Notes: generated by a model not told the origin, from the letters alone. A DNA stretch of 64,000 nucleotides from an uncultured Methanosarcinales archaeon (GCA_963843555.1 CAWJKV010000002.1:224001-288000), one strand, 5' to 3'; shown: positions 11,713 through 22,960, counted from the first letter of the stretch. Numbers and translations are program-made.

Positions 11713-12438
11713 ATGCTATTGGCAATGTTGCGCCAAAGGTTCGTGCTGGATACAACAGCTCTCACGGACTCTCTGGCCTGGGAGAGCGAGGGGGCCACCA
11801 ACATCTGCGAGGGGATGAACGCCATCTTGGATCGCGTGGCCGAAGGAAGGCTTCACCTGGGGATCAGCTGCTACATCCCATATCCTTCCGTTTACAACGA
11901 GATCAAGGATTTCGCCAGGCATAATAATTGTGATTCCCGTGTTTTGGGCAAGGTCGATACCTGGCTCGTCAAGAAGAGCCCTGACAGGTACAAAGTCAAA
12001 GTGCCTTCAAAGATATTTTACGAATATGTTGATTATATGCGTAGCCGCATAAACAAGGGAATGAATATCTCTGAGGAGGCTATATGGGAATCTGTCTCCA
12101 GGTGCATCGCTATGAGCGATGGCGGCAGCGATTTGAAGGAGATGAAGGACGAGATAGAAAGGGAGATCGTTGGCAGCATAATACGCAAATTTCGGGAGAA
12201 ATATAGAGCAGCGCTTCGTTATGGAATCCTGGATAGTGCACCGGATATCGACGTCCTGCTATTGGCGAAGGAACTGGATGCGGCCGTGATATCTCAAGAC
12301 CTGGGCATCCAGCGCTGGGCTGAGCAGCTCGGTCTTCGCTTCATGGAGTCCAGATCTTTTCCCATTATGATTAAGGAGTACATGAATGCGTTGCCAGAGA
12401 ACCATATAGAAGAGAAGGAAGCGGACAGGATGATCTGA
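11713..12438 (+). CDS. RNA-free RNase P (HARP, aq_880/MJ0905-like PIN protein)
   Basis: RFVLDT, KYRAALRYGILDSAPDIDVLLLAKELDA...DLGI. Confidence 0.88.
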   Translation: MLLAMLRQRFVLDTTALTDSLAWESEGATNICEGMNAILDRVAEGRLHLGISCYIPYPSVYNEIKDFARHNNCDSRVLGKVDTWLVKKSPDRYKVKVPSKIFYEYVDYMRSRINKGMNISEEAIWESVSRCIAMSDGGSDLKEMKDEIEREIVGSIIRKFREKYRAALRYGILDSAPDIDVLLLAKELDAAVISQDLGIQRWAEQLGLRFMESRSFPIMIKEYMNALPENHIEEKEADRMI

Positions 12439-12477
12439 TAATTTAATTATTTCTCATTTTGGATATTAAGCCTTTAC

Positions 12478-15400
12478 CTACAAAACTTCCATACATCTTT
12501 CCAGGGCCAGTTTTAGCTCCTCTATTTGGATCGGTTTGCTGAGATAGTCATCCATCCCTGCATTTAAGAATTCTTCGCGATCTCCTTCCAGGGCATAGGC
12601 AGTCATGGCTATGATGCAGGGCTGCCTATCCAGTCTCTTTTTTCGAATGCAGCGTGTGGCATCCAGCCCGTCCATATTCGGCATTTGTATATCCATTAGA
12701 ATGACATCATAAGGCCTTCTATCCAGAGCCGCCAGGACGTCCAGGCCGTTCCCGGCCACATCAGCTTTATAATCCAGATGTTTTAGCATGCTGAGTGCCA
12801 CTTTCTGGTTTATGGGATTATCTTCTGCCAGGAGAATGGCAAGATCGCCGCCTTTTTCCGGTTGAGTTGAGGGCAGGCCGTCAGTATCCTTTACCTCTTT
12901 GTATTTCGGCATGATTAAGCTCTGCAGAAGACTCTTGAGCTGGCGCGGCTTGACCGGCTTGCTCAGCCAGCCAGAGACTGAATCGTCCCGCTGCACTTTG
13001 CTTCCCATCTGGCTTATCATGATAATAAATGCGTTATTCCCGTTTTTTGCCCTTATCTGCCTGGCCAGAAGAGGTCCGTCCATATCCAGCAAGATTGCAT
13101 CAGAAATCACAAAATCATAGACCTCTCTCTCCAGATTTTCCAATGCAACCTTACCTGTTGCCAGAGCCGTTATCTCCATTCCCCAGGACAGAACGATTTT
13201 GGCGAGCATATTTCTGACCGACTCATTTCCTTCTACTATTAGCACTCTCTTACCTGCAAGTTTCGAATCCGAAGATATTGAGGTTGCCTTTTGGCTATGT
13301 TCAACACAGCGAATGGTGAAATGGAAAATGCTGCCCACTCCTCTCTCGCTCTCCGCCCAGATTTCACCTCCCATCATCTCCACCAGCCTGCGGCTTATGG
13401 CCAAACCCAGGCCGGTTCCACCGTAATGCCTGGTGGTCGAGGAATCAACCTGAGTGAAGAACTGAAAGAGCTTGCTCAAGTTTTCTTGGGATATACCAAT
13501 TCCCGTATCTTTAACTTCGAAGTGAAGCACTACTTTTCCATCATCCAGCGGAGATGAGCTCACAGAGAGCATTACCTCACCTTTTTCCGTAAACTTCACA
13601 GCATTTCCCAGGAGATTTATCAGAATCTGACGCAGCCGGATCTCATCGCCTCTGATCATCGTGGGCACATCATCTTTCTGGAAATAGGTCAGCTCCAGGC
13701 CCTTCTCTGCAGCCTTGGCAGCAACCAGGTCCATGGAGATCTCAATGCATCCTGTCAGATCAAACGGCAGAGCCTCCAGTTCCAGTTTATTTCCATCGAT
13801 CTTGGAGTAATCAAGAATATCGTTGATTACGGCAAGCAAGGCAGTTCCGCTGTTACGGATGGTCTCAAGGTAGTCACGCTGTTCCAGCTTCAAATCCGTC
13901 TCCATGAGAAGGCCGGTCATACCTATGACAGCATTCATCGGTGTGCGAATCTCATGACTCATATTGGCCAGGAATTTCGACTTGGACTTGGTGGCCGATT
14001 CAGCCCGGTCTCTCGCACTCTTAAGATCCTCCTCGGCCATTTTTGCCTCTGTAATGTCGCGAATGGTCTCGATTGCTCCGTAGATCTTCCCCTCCGAATC
14101 ATAGAGAACCGTCGCACTTCCCAGAAGGTAGACCGCTTTCCCATTAAGGTCGGAGATGAAAGACTCACCGACTATGGTGTTGCCATCCTGCCTCTTAATG
14201 CTCTCATAATCTCCCTCCAAATTCAGGTCGGGTTTCATGACAAGATCGATCAATATCGGCTTTCTTTCTCCGTAGAAAGAGAGAGAGTACTCGTAGTTGT
14301 CCTTTGCCAGGATGTTCTCCGCCTTGATGCCTGTCATCTTCTCTATGGCACGGTTCCAGGCAATTACGTTGCCTTCCTTATTGATGACAAAGGTGGCATC
14401 GGGCAGGAAATTGATGATATCCGCCAATCTGCGCTCGGAGTCTTTCAGGGCCGCCTCTGCCTGTATCCTCTCCTGTACCTCACTTTGCAGCTCTCTATTG
14501 GCAGTCTCAAGCTCCTCCGTGCGCCGGGCTACACGCCCTTCCAAGTCTTCGTTGAGGCGGACGATCTCCTGCTGAACACGTTTGCGTTCCTTGAGATCCT
14601 CTTGCGCTTCATGATAGAATTTAACGTTTTCATCCAGTACCAGGATCTGGCGCACTAGGACCAATCCAATTATAATGGCTACCGCCCCGGCTAAGATGGA
14701 GAATGATAGACTAATGGGATGATAACGGCTCCAGATGAGCAAAGCAAATGCGCCTGCCGCGCAAATATAAGGTAGATAAAGAGGCCAGGTCAGCTGTCCG
14801 TAGCGAGGTTGCACATTCTCAGAGGGCCGGGAGGAATTCCTTGCTGCGGCATCAGCCTGAAACAAACCCGCCAGGCCGATCAGGATGGAGGAAAGAGGCC
14901 AGCCTATATCCAGCAGCCCTCCGGCGGCATATGTCTCCTCTAATGTCTGGCGAAAGAATATGGAATCAGTTATGATCAGAACAATCATTCCGCCGGCAAG
15001 AAGCAATAAGGGAGTTTGTTCGTCCTGATAGATCCTCTTGAAAAGCAACATAAGTACAGAGAATAGTAAAACCAAATCCGCTACAGGATAGGCAACATAA
15101 ATGGCTAAAGCGAGAGGATCACTGTTTCCGGATTGCTGGATGATTGGGCCAATGATAAGGCTCCAGACAATAATAACTGCTACAACCATGACTATTACGG
15201 TATCCAGCGTCATCTTGAACCGCTCGGTGTGGGCAAATTTTATAGCAGGCAGTGTGAAGATTCCCAATAAAAATAGCGGGTAGAAGGCTAAGAAGAAATA
15301 GTTCGCAATAGACAGAGTAGGGTCCTCTTTGAGGACTATCTCGACATAGGCCCAAATGGCATCACCGATGGCGAAGATGAACATGGCCACGGTAAGAATC

Positions 15401-15717
15401 AGCCAGGCTGAATAGACCCTTTTTCTACAGAAATAAGAGATCATGGCACCATAAAAAAGAGCCAGGGTAACAAGGCCATTGATTAAAAAAGTGGCAATGT
15501 CAGTAAAGGCGGTGTTTGCATCTTGATCATTTCTTAAGAACCACATAACCAGGACAAAAGAGATGATGATCAAGGCTCCCGCTGCCAATGAATAGCGAAA
15601 AGGCAAAACCCATTTTAATGCTAAAGATCTGACACCCGCAAACATAATGCCGCCGGCGTCGGATGATGAATTTGCGATTGCTTTTTTTGCTTCACCAGTA
15701 GATTGCATACTCATCAT
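12478..15717 (-). CDS. Multi-TM membrane sensor PAS hybrid histidine kinase with two REC domains
   Basis: About 10 TM helices, [21 protein letters not shown], HATPase, degenerate REC and intact REC. Confidence 0.92.
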   Translation of the reverse strand: MMSMQSTGEAKKAIANSSSDAGGIMFAGVRSLALKWVLPFRYSLAAGALIIISFVLVMWFLRNDQDANTAFTDIATFLINGLVTLALFYGAMISYFCRKRVYSAWLILTVAMFIFAIGDAIWAYVEIVLKEDPTLSIANYFFLAFYPLFLLGIFTLPAIKFAHTERFKMTLDTVIVMVVAVIIVWSLIIGPIIQQSGNSDPLALAIYVAYPVADLVLLFSVLMLLFKRIYQDEQTPLLLLAGGMIVLIITDSIFFRQTLEETYAAGGLLDIGWPLSSILIGLAGLFQADAAARNSSRPSENVQPRYGQLTWPLYLPYICAAGAFALLIWSRYHPISLSFSILAGAVAIIIGLVLVRQILVLDENVKFYHEAQEDLKERKRVQQEIVRLNEDLEGRVARRTEELETANRELQSEVQERIQAEAALKDSERRLADIINFLPDATFVINKEGNVIAWNRAIEKMTGIKAENILAKDNYEYSLSFYGERKPILIDLVMKPDLNLEGDYESIKRQDGNTIVGESFISDLNGKAVYLLGSATVLYDSEGKIYGAIETIRDITEAKMAEEDLKSARDRAESATKSKSKFLANMSHEIRTPMNAVIGMTGLLMETDLKLEQRDYLETIRNSGTALLAVINDILDYSKIDGNKLELEALPFDLTGCIEISMDLVAAKAAEKGLELTYFQKDDVPTMIRGDEIRLRQILINLLGNAVKFTEKGEVMLSVSSSPLDDGKVVLHFEVKDTGIGISQENLSKLFQFFTQVDSSTTRHYGGTGLGLAISRRLVEMMGGEIWAESERGVGSIFHFTIRCVEHSQKATSISSDSKLAGKRVLIVEGNESVRNMLAKIVLSWGMEITALATGKVALENLEREVYDFVISDAILLDMDGPLLARQIRAKNGNNAFIIMISQMGSKVQRDDSVSGWLSKPVKPRQLKSLLQSLIMPKYKEVKDTDGLPSTQPEKGGDLAILLAEDNPINQKVALSMLKHLDYKADVAGNGLDVLAALDRRPYDVILMDIQMPNMDGLDATRCIRKKRLDRQPCIIAMTAYALEGDREEFLNAGMDDYLSKPIQIEELKLALERCMEVL

Positions 15718-16113
15718 CCATTGAACTATTCAACATCACTCCATAGAATGTCTAACGGGTCATTCCATTTTCGACCCTATGGCTATTTATTTGTTTAAAC
15801 GTCTTCGTATAACAATATATCCATTGGTTCCAGTTCATGAAATTGCAAAATTATAATTGAAAAAATATGCATTTTTAAACAGAAGTCAATGATCTTGAAG
15901 CCAGACTCAATCCAAGCTTATTTCTCACACTAACATTATTAATGATTACGGCGACATCTCATTTTGACTATATTAACCTAATTTTAGCTCCTCGTAAGCT
16001 ATGGGCCCAAATTTCAAAAGTCTCCACCTCAATAACCAAAAAGAGGTTTTTGATGCCAAATAGATCAATATACCAGAAAGTATATATGCGTAAGAACCAG
16101 TCAATGGAGAATT

Positions 16114-16269
16114 ATGCCTAAGACTACATTGACCTTATCCGAACCGGTAGCCAAAACCTTGAAGATTTATACCGTACAGGCTAAAAGCAGTATGCGTGCT
16201 CAAAGCCAGGTAATAGAAGAAGCATTAAAAGAGTTCTTCGAGAATCATGGGGTCAAGATCGAGCAATAA
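16114..16269 (+). CDS. Small ribbon-helix-helix protein (51 aa, absent from ORF track)
   Basis: MPKTTLTLSEPVAKTLKIY...SQVIEEALKEFF; GGAG RBS and GAAAGTATATAT BRE/TATA-like box at about 16076. Confidence 0.7.
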   Translation: MPKTTLTLSEPVAKTLKIYTVQAKSSMRAQSQVIEEALKEFFENHGVKIEQ

Positions 16270-16309
16270 TTCATCTGGAGCCAAAATTGGAGAAGGATCA
16301 GTGGTGCTC

Positions 16310-17281
16310 TTATTTTGGCCTCAATAAATGGCATGATCCTCCGCCCTGCTTCTCAAAATAGTCCTGATGATACTCTTCAGCTTCATAGAAATTCGATGCC
16401 GGGACGATCTGGGTTGTGGCTTTATTTGTATAGGCTCCTGATCGGTCAAATTCCTCTTTTGATTCTTCTGCGGACTTCTTTTGCAGCTCATTGTGGTAAA
16501 ATATGGCGGAGCGGTACTGGGTGCCGACATCAGGACCCTGTCGGTTGGGCGTGGTAGGATCATGTATTCTCCAGAATAGGGAAAGCAACTCTTGATAAGA
16601 TACAATCCGGGGATCATATTTTATCAGTACTGCCTCTGCATGGCCTGTAATCCCGGTGCAAACCGCTCTGTAGGAGGGATTGGGGACGGTTCCGCCCGTA
16701 TAACCAACCGTTGTCTCTATCACGCCTTTGACCTGTTTGAAAGCCGATTCCACGCCCCAGAAACAGCCGGCGGCAAACGTGGCCAGCTCATAATTCGAAT
16801 CATCTTTCTGGGAGCCCTCAGTGGATTCATTCTTAGACTCTTCCTTTTCAAATTGGCTCAGGTATTGGCCATAGCCCTCTTTTTCCATATCTTCCACCGG
16901 TACAAAGCGTAAAGATGCTGAATTGATGCAGTAGCGCATTCCTGACGGTTTTGGCCCATCTTCAAATACATGGCCTAGATGAGACCTGGCGATTTTGCTC
17001 TGCACCTCTACCCGTCTCATATTGTAGCTGTTGTCAACATCCTCTACAATATTGTCCTCCTTCAAGGGCTTTGTGAAGCTGGGCCAGCCGGTTCCAGAAT
17101 CAAATTTATCCTCTGAGCTGAAGAGCGGTTCACCTGAGACCACATCCACATAAATACCCGGTTTTTTATTATTCCAGAATTCATTCTGGAAGGGCGGCTC
17201 TGTACCGCATTGTTGCGTCACTCGATACTGAATAGGGGTTAATTTCTTTTTGAGATCATTATCCGAATCATTCGTGTTCAT
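16310..17281 (-). CDS. msrAB: Methionine sulfoxide reductase MsrB-MsrA fusion
   Basis: [21 protein letters not shown] (MsrB); [15 protein letters not shown] (MsrA). Confidence 0.95.
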   Translation of the reverse strand: MNTNDSDNDLKKKLTPIQYRVTQQCGTEPPFQNEFWNNKKPGIYVDVVSGEPLFSSEDKFDSGTGWPSFTKPLKEDNIVEDVDNSYNMRRVEVQSKIARSHLGHVFEDGPKPSGMRYCINSASLRFVPVEDMEKEGYGQYLSQFEKEESKNESTEGSQKDDSNYELATFAAGCFWGVESAFKQVKGVIETTVGYTGGTVPNPSYRAVCTGITGHAEAVLIKYDPRIVSYQELLSLFWRIHDPTTPNRQGPDVGTQYRSAIFYHNELQKKSAEESKEEFDRSGAYTNKATTQIVPASNFYEAEEYHQDYFEKQGGGSCHLLRPK

Positions 17282-17722
17282 GGGCGCTCCTCTTTTCGAG
17301 ATCTTATTAGGGATTCAGGGATTCTTCTTGAAGCATGACCTTTCGGTTTTAGTATGAGGCTAACTCATGATCAAACTGCATTATTTCTCAATAATGGGAT
17401 AAATTCTTTTGGGACCAGTAGCTCTATCAGAACTGAAGATCGGGGTCCGCATAACTCTCTTGGAAAAACTGCAATGATGAGATACAATAATCAGAGATGC
17501 TGCAACGTACCTAAATTTTTATATACTATCGATGCATATATGATTACCGATCCAATTTATGATTGTCGATGTGTATGCGATAAAACTTCGATCTATCCAA
17601 ATGAGATTGATTTGAGAGACAAATATATGTAAAAAATGCATTGAATAATAGCGCCAATTGATCTACTAGATTGTAGTTGAAAGCTGGATTGGAGTCCAGA
17701 AAATAGAAAAGAAGGTGTTATT

Positions 17723-18355
17723 ATGAAGATTGGAATAATCGGTTCCGGGAACGTCGGCAGCGCTTTGGGCAAGATCTGGGCGGAGAAGGGACATGAGGTC
17801 ATGTTCAGTTCACGTCACCCGGAAAAGTCCAAAGCTCTGGCTCAGTCGGTGGGAAACAATGCAAGTTATGGGCTTCCGGTGGACGCTGTTAAGTTTGGCG
17901 ACATAGTTGTCCTGGCAGTGCCCTGGAGCGAGGCAGAGAATGCTCTGAAGTCGGCCGGCTCTCTTGACGGCAAGATCTTGATCGACTGCACCAACCCTCT
18001 GAAACCGGATTTCAGCGGACTGGCTATTGGTCTTACGACTTCGGCCGGCGAGGAGGATGCAAAGGTAGCCAAAGGAGCAAGGGTTGTGAAGGCCTTCAAT
18101 ACCACTTTTGCCGTTCTGATGGCCTCTGAATCGCGCCTTTTCGGTGAAGTGTCACCTACAGGATTCTATTGTGGCGACGATGCTGCGGCCAAGGCAGTTG
18201 TCTCCGATCTCATCAAAGATACAGGCCTGGAACCTGTTGATGCCGGACCTCTGGAGATGTCTCGCTGCCTTGAGCCTCTGGCCTTTCTCATGATGGATCT
18301 CGGATTCAATCAAAAGATGGGGACAAATATTGCATTGCGCCTTCTGAAACGATGA
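17723..18355 (+). CDS. NADPH-dependent F420 reductase family oxidoreductase
   Basis: GSGNVG, LAVPW, DCTNP, VVKAFNT, CGDD. Confidence 0.85.
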   Translation: MKIGIIGSGNVGSALGKIWAEKGHEVMFSSRHPEKSKALAQSVGNNASYGLPVDAVKFGDIVVLAVPWSEAENALKSAGSLDGKILIDCTNPLKPDFSGLAIGLTTSAGEEDAKVAKGARVVKAFNTTFAVLMASESRLFGEVSPTGFYCGDDAAAKAVVSDLIKDTGLEPVDAGPLEMSRCLEPLAFLMMDLGFNQKMGTNIALRLLKR

Positions 18356-18427
18356 ATCTAAGAAATTGTTTACGGCATTTAGACATTTACGGTCAGGAAT
18401 AAAATTGTGGGGGGCTGATCTTCAATC

Positions 18428-19261
18428 ATGGAAATGGATGGAAAGGTCGTTTTGGTTAGCGGTTCGACAGATGGCATTGGCAAGCAGACAGCGCATATTA
18501 TTGCCAGCAAAGGCGCAATAGTCCTTTTGCACGGTCGCAATCCCATAAAAGGAGAGATGGTGCAAGAGGAGATTCGGCGCACGACCGACAACAATCGCTT
18601 GCAATTCATCCCGGCCGAACTGTCCTCCGCTAAGGAGATCCATAGACTTGGAAATTTGATCAGAGAAGGCCACGACCATCTGGATGTCCTTATTAACAAT
18701 GCAGGTACCTTCGAGCGGGATCGAAAGGTAACTGAAGACGGATTGGAGACTACGTTTGCCGTCAACTATCTGGCCCAGTTCCGGCTTGTTCATGAGCTGC
18801 TGGATCTGTTGAAGAAAAGCGCCTCCGGCAGAATCGTCAATGTGGCCTCCGCTACTCACTGGAATGCCCGGACGGTGGACCTGAGCCATCTGCAGGGCGA
18901 AGAGCACTACGACGGTTATAAGGCTTATGCCCAGTCGAAGCTGGCTGTTGTCCTCTTCACCTATGCCCTGGCACGGCGGCTGGAGGGAACAGGCATGACT
19001 GCCAACTGTCTGCATCCTGGTGTGATAAAGACCAAAATGCTCCGAGCGGGGTTTGGCGACCATCCCGGAGACACGCCGGAAAAGGGAGCCAGAACCTCTG
19101 TCTACCTTGCCTTATCACCGGATGTCGAGGGGATCTCGGGCAGATACTTCGAAGAATGCAAACCTGTGCAGTCCTCTCCCATAAGCCGCAACCTGGAGCT
19201 GCAAGAGAAGCTCTGGCGGATCAGCGAAGAGCTGACGGGGTTGGTCCGAGAACCAATCTGA
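18428..19261 (+). CDS. Short-chain dehydrogenase/reductase (retinol-DH-like)
   Basis: SGSTDGIG, INNAG, YAQSK, HPG. Confidence 0.9.
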   Translation: MEMDGKVVLVSGSTDGIGKQTAHIIASKGAIVLLHGRNPIKGEMVQEEIRRTTDNNRLQFIPAELSSAKEIHRLGNLIREGHDHLDVLINNAGTFERDRKVTEDGLETTFAVNYLAQFRLVHELLDLLKKSASGRIVNVASATHWNARTVDLSHLQGEEHYDGYKAYAQSKLAVVLFTYALARRLEGTGMTANCLHPGVIKTKMLRAGFGDHPGDTPEKGARTSVYLALSPDVEGISGRYFEECKPVQSSPISRNLELQEKLWRISEELTGLVREPI

Positions 19262-19290
19262 GAATCAATCTGAGAATCAATCGGAGGATT

Positions 19291-20007
19291 ATGACTACTG
19301 TTATCAGAAAACCGGAGAGCATCCATCAGGCCCAGGGGAGAATTCAAAAGGGCACATTTCAAGGCCGCTGGCACTTCAGCTTCGATGATTATTTTGATCC
19401 CAATTTTATGAGTTTCGGGTCTCTGCGCGTCTTCAATGATGACACGCTCTCGCCCGGAGCCATCTGGCCCCTCCATCCCCACCAGGAGATCGAGGTGGTG
19501 ACTTACTGTGCCGAAGGTGAGTTCAGGCACGCAGATGAACGGGGGGAAGGCGGCGTTTTGCAGAAGGGATGGGTCCAGCATACCACCGTGGGCAGGGGCA
19601 TGTGGCACTCAGAGATCAACAACCGCCAGGATATGCCCATGAGGTTCATCCAGATGTGGTTTCGCCCAACCGCCCAGAACCTCCCGCCATCGGTAGAGCA
19701 GATGAAAGTGGAGGCTCCCGAGAGGACAAACAGGTTTCTGCCATTGGTCTCCAATGCTCACCCAGGAGCTTTGCACATCTACTCCCAGGGAAGAGTCTTC
19801 TCCTGCTTTCTTCAGGCAGGCCACGTGGTTTCCCATCAGTTGGAGCCTGGTTGGGGAGCTTATCTCTATCTCCTGGAGGGAGGAGAGGTCGAAGTAAACA
19901 ATAAGTCCCTCTCTGTCTATGGATCGGCACTAATAAATGATCAGATTGGGATCGACATCGCCGCAGGGGGAGACAGCGAGCTGTTGATGGTGGAGGTCGA
20001 GGTCTGA
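19291..20007 (+). CDS. Pirin family protein
   Basis: WHFSF, LRVFNDD, HPH..IE, G.GMWHSE, FIQMW; GGAGG RBS before ATG 19291. Confidence 0.9.
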   Translation: MTTVIRKPESIHQAQGRIQKGTFQGRWHFSFDDYFDPNFMSFGSLRVFNDDTLSPGAIWPLHPHQEIEVVTYCAEGEFRHADERGEGGVLQKGWVQHTTVGRGMWHSEINNRQDMPMRFIQMWFRPTAQNLPPSVEQMKVEAPERTNRFLPLVSNAHPGALHIYSQGRVFSCFLQAGHVVSHQLEPGWGAYLYLLEGGEVEVNNKSLSVYGSALINDQIGIDIAAGGDSELLMVEVEV

Positions 20008-20094
20008 TTTGAATATTGAATATTGAATAATAGATTGAACAAAATCTGTGCAATAACACCTGTTATCAGTATCACCAACTGGAGGTATAAAGAC

Positions 20095-20850
20095 ATGAAA
20101 CGATTGGCAATATGCTTGCTGATGATTGCCTTTGTTGCAATCTCAGGATGTGCCCAAATGGATAAACCAGTGGAGCAGGTCAAGAATGAGAGCCTGAATA
20201 TATCCAGCGGAGATATGACCTATCCCGCCTACCTTGCCGCGCCGACTGCGACCGGCAAGTGGCCGGGAGTGGTCATGATTCACTCTTTCAACGGTCTTGA
20301 GCCCGGCTACCTGACCCTGGCGGACAATTTTGCCCGGGAGGGGTTCGTGGTCATCGCTCCCAAGTGGCAGACCTTCAACAGCTCGCCCAATGACGAAGTT
20401 GTCGGTCAGCTCATTAAAGATTCTGTAGATTATCTGAAGTCGAGAGATGATGTTGATGTCGACAATCTGGGGCTGACCGGCTTTTGTGCCGGAGGGCGGT
20501 ACACTATGCTCTTCCTGCCCCAGATGGACTTCAAATCAGGAGTTGCTTTCTATGGGTTCCCCTACTCGGGAGGCTTCGCCAATGAGTCCAAGCCGGCAGA
20601 CTATATCAACCAACTTGATTCGCCCATGCTGATAATTCATGGAACCCATGATCAATACAGCAATATCTCAGATATCTACCGTTACGCCACTGAATTGAAT
20701 GCCTCGAATAAGTACTTCGAGATGAAGGTTTATCAGGGTGAGCCGCACGGCTTCATGGTCCAGAATGGCACTCTGTCGCAGAGCTTCCCGGCAAAGGATG
20801 CCTTCTGGCAGATGACGAGCTTCTTCAATAGAACTCTAAAGCAAAGTTAA
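20095..20850 (+). CDS. Dienelactone hydrolase family, exported/lipoprotein
   Basis: Signal peptide ending ISGC, GFCAGG nucleophile, HGF; GGAGGT RBS. Confidence 0.85.
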   Translation: MKRLAICLLMIAFVAISGCAQMDKPVEQVKNESLNISSGDMTYPAYLAAPTATGKWPGVVMIHSFNGLEPGYLTLADNFAREGFVVIAPKWQTFNSSPNDEVVGQLIKDSVDYLKSRDDVDVDNLGLTGFCAGGRYTMLFLPQMDFKSGVAFYGFPYSGGFANESKPADYINQLDSPMLIIHGTHDQYSNISDIYRYATELNASNKYFEMKVYQGEPHGFMVQNGTLSQSFPAKDAFWQMTSFFNRTLKQS

Positions 20851-20887
20851 TTGTATCTTTTCTCACTTTTTTTAGTCCTATTGAAGG

Positions 20888-21823
20888 TCATGAAACCATG
20901 CTCGACAACCTTTTTTCAATATAGGCATCCATCTCCGTGCAGTAGCCATGTTGAGTGCAGCCTACTATATCGAAGCTCTTCGGCTGGTAGGCCATGGCAT
21001 AGGTTTTCTCTGCCAGCTGGCGAGGTATGACGGTATCATTCGAGGAATGAATCATGGCGAGCGGCCGGGGTGGAATTTTGAAGAGATATGTCTCAGGGTC
21101 AATGGATCTGTAGAACCGGATAATGTCCTTATCTATCATTCCCGCCGAGGCGATGGCTGCATCCGTTCCATAGCCGCTGGTGCTGATAGCCAGAACGCCC
21201 CGCGATCTCGCATCCAGGGCGCTGGCGATGATGGCAAAGCGGCCTCCGTTGCTCTCCCCTGCATAGATTATGCCATCAGGATCGATTCCTGGCTGTAGGC
21301 GCAGAATCCCGGCGGCAGCTAATGCATCATAGACCATCTTATGTTCAATCGGTTCACTGCCTTTAATGAAGAGCTGCAGATCGCTATCCGGATCAATGGC
21401 CCCGAGATTGCGCTGGTCAAGGGTCAGTGTGGCGTAACCCAGGTCTGCCAGGCGCTTTGCCAGCCCCTGCTCTCTCTCTTTGGTCACAGTGGCTCCGGGC
21501 AGCAGCACAACCCCGGGAATGCGACTCGCCCTTTCATCCGAATTCTGCCCGGGCCTGGCTTGCATAGGGATTCTCAGGAGACCTGCCATTTGCATACCCC
21601 GGCTTTGGAATTGGACTGTGGAGAGGGTGGTGTTGCCATCACTTCTTGGCTCGCTCAGATTGTATTGGGGCATGGAGACCGAATAAGATAGAATTCCCTC
21701 ATCAGAGACTGTCCAATCCCCGCCGTTAATCGCTGATGTGTCGCCGGAATTGAGCGATCCCATCAACATAGCTATGATGATGCCTGCAATCAGCAGTACT
21801 GCGCCAATTCTATAGCTCGCCAT
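20888..21823 (-). CDS. Membrane-anchored alpha/beta hydrolase
   Basis: N-terminal TM, GESNGG, DTVIP, HG. Confidence 0.8.
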   Translation of the reverse strand: MASYRIGAVLLIAGIIIAMLMGSLNSGDTSAINGGDWTVSDEGILSYSVSMPQYNLSEPRSDGNTTLSTVQFQSRGMQMAGLLRIPMQARPGQNSDERASRIPGVVLLPGATVTKEREQGLAKRLADLGYATLTLDQRNLGAIDPDSDLQLFIKGSEPIEHKMVYDALAAAGILRLQPGIDPDGIIYAGESNGGRFAIIASALDARSRGVLAISTSGYGTDAAIASAGMIDKDIIRFYRSIDPETYLFKIPPRPLAMIHSSNDTVIPRQLAEKTYAMAYQPKSFDIVGCTQHGYCTEMDAYIEKRLSSMVS

Positions 21824-21957
21824 TTTCCCCAGATTCTCTTTAAAATCTTGATTTTGGATTCATGCCGTGATATTTGTTCGTTGGGCTATTTTGGTTGTTT
21901 TCGTTCCCTGTTTTCCAATCCTTGCTTTCCTAAGCTCGCCCCCGGATACCTGGAGTT

Positions 21958-22119
21958 TCATAGGGTATCCAGTATCGAATCTATCTCATCAATTACGTGG
22001 TCCCTTGTCATCGTTGGATTTTCAACGGACTTTATGAGCAACATGAGTATAGCATCTCTCGCTATCCTTTTTCTCTTTACAATGTCGAAATCAGCTACTA
22101 TTACCCTATCGTCATCCAT
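21958..22119 (-). CDS. Small hypothetical protein (53 aa)
   Basis: MDDDRVIVADFDIVKRKRIARDAILMLLIKSVENPTMTRDHVIDEIDSILDTL; purine-rich upstream. Confidence 0.45.
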   Translation of the reverse strand: MDDDRVIVADFDIVKRKRIARDAILMLLIKSVENPTMTRDHVIDEIDSILDTL

Positions 22120-22257
22120 ACCTGCCCATCTCCTGTTTCGATTCTATCCTTACATTCGCGGAATTTGCCACGGACATTTCAGCTAATCCTTTTTGCGGTC
22201 CAATGTTCATATTTTAATCCTTGATTTCTTGGACATTGCTTTCCTGGACACGATCTT

Positions 22258-22357
22258 GGACAATTGCATTTTGCTCTTGCTGATCGCTGCGGTGGGGCGA
22301 CGCGCGCGGGTGTTGCGCGAGGGGGGAAGGGGCGCCCTCAACGCCGGGCAGGCTTGG
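22258..22357. repeat. GC-rich dispersed repeat, copy R1
   Basis: 28-bp core GGGCGCCCTCAACGCCGGGCAGGCTTGG at 22330-22357, identical at 23885 and 25027. Confidence 0.9.
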
Positions 22358-22443
22358 CAAACAATAGAAAAGGTTGATTTTTAAAATCTTGTTTTAAAGT
22401 TGCCTTTGGACTTGGGTATGTACTGTTAAATCCAGGAAAAATA

Positions 22444-22776
22444 TCACAGATAGTCATATAGACACGTTATTTTGTCCAGCAGCTCAATTATTCTATCCTT
22501 CTGGAGGATCTCAGCAGTCTTCCCATAAGCCTCATCATGATGCCCAACATATAAGAACACAATACAGTTACCTATTATCATATAGGCAATAACAAAAGGA
22601 TCAACATGGATACCGCGAACCCCTTTGAGTCCATAGCTTTTAGGCTCCCCTATCTCAGGATTAGTTAATATCTGATCAATTTTATCGATGAACCTGTCTT
22701 TAAGAGCCTTGTTCTTCCTGGTTAGCTTAATGAACTGTTTGTCAAACTCAGGAGCCCTGTGGTAGATATAGTCCAT
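22444..22776 (-). CDS. RelE/ParE (YafQ-like) toxin
   Basis: FDKQFIKL, NPEIG, RGIHVDPFVIAY, VGHHD. Confidence 0.8.
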   Translation of the reverse strand: MDYIYHRAPEFDKQFIKLTRKNKALKDRFIDKIDQILTNPEIGEPKSYGLKGVRGIHVDPFVIAYMIIGNCIVFLYVGHHDEAYGKTAEILQKDRIIELLDKITCLYDYL

Positions 22777-22789
22777 AATAAAAGAGTGG

Positions 22790-22960
22790 CTACAGGTCTC
22801 TGAGAGAGTTTAGGAACTCATCTTTGTTTTTGTATGTCTTCCCCTTACCAGCTTTAAACTCCTTTATACCTCTGATAACTCCTGATGCAAACTCATTGGC
22901 TTTAAGTTCTTCCAGGTCAGATTCTTCTCTCCTTGGAGCAGGCTGAACTACCGTCTTCAT
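22790..22960 (-). CDS. Putative antitoxin (56 aa, absent from ORF track)
   Basis: MKTVVQPAPRREE...GIKEFKAGKGKTYKNKDEFLNSL, directly upstream of RelE-like gene. Confidence 0.7.
   Translation of the reverse strand: MKTVVQPAPRREESDLEELKANEFASGVIRGIKEFKAGKGKTYKNKDEFLNSLRDL

Noticed and set aside
17354..17632. 92-aa ORF between msrAB and the F420-type reductase
   Set aside because: AT-rich divergent promoter region with no recognisable motifs
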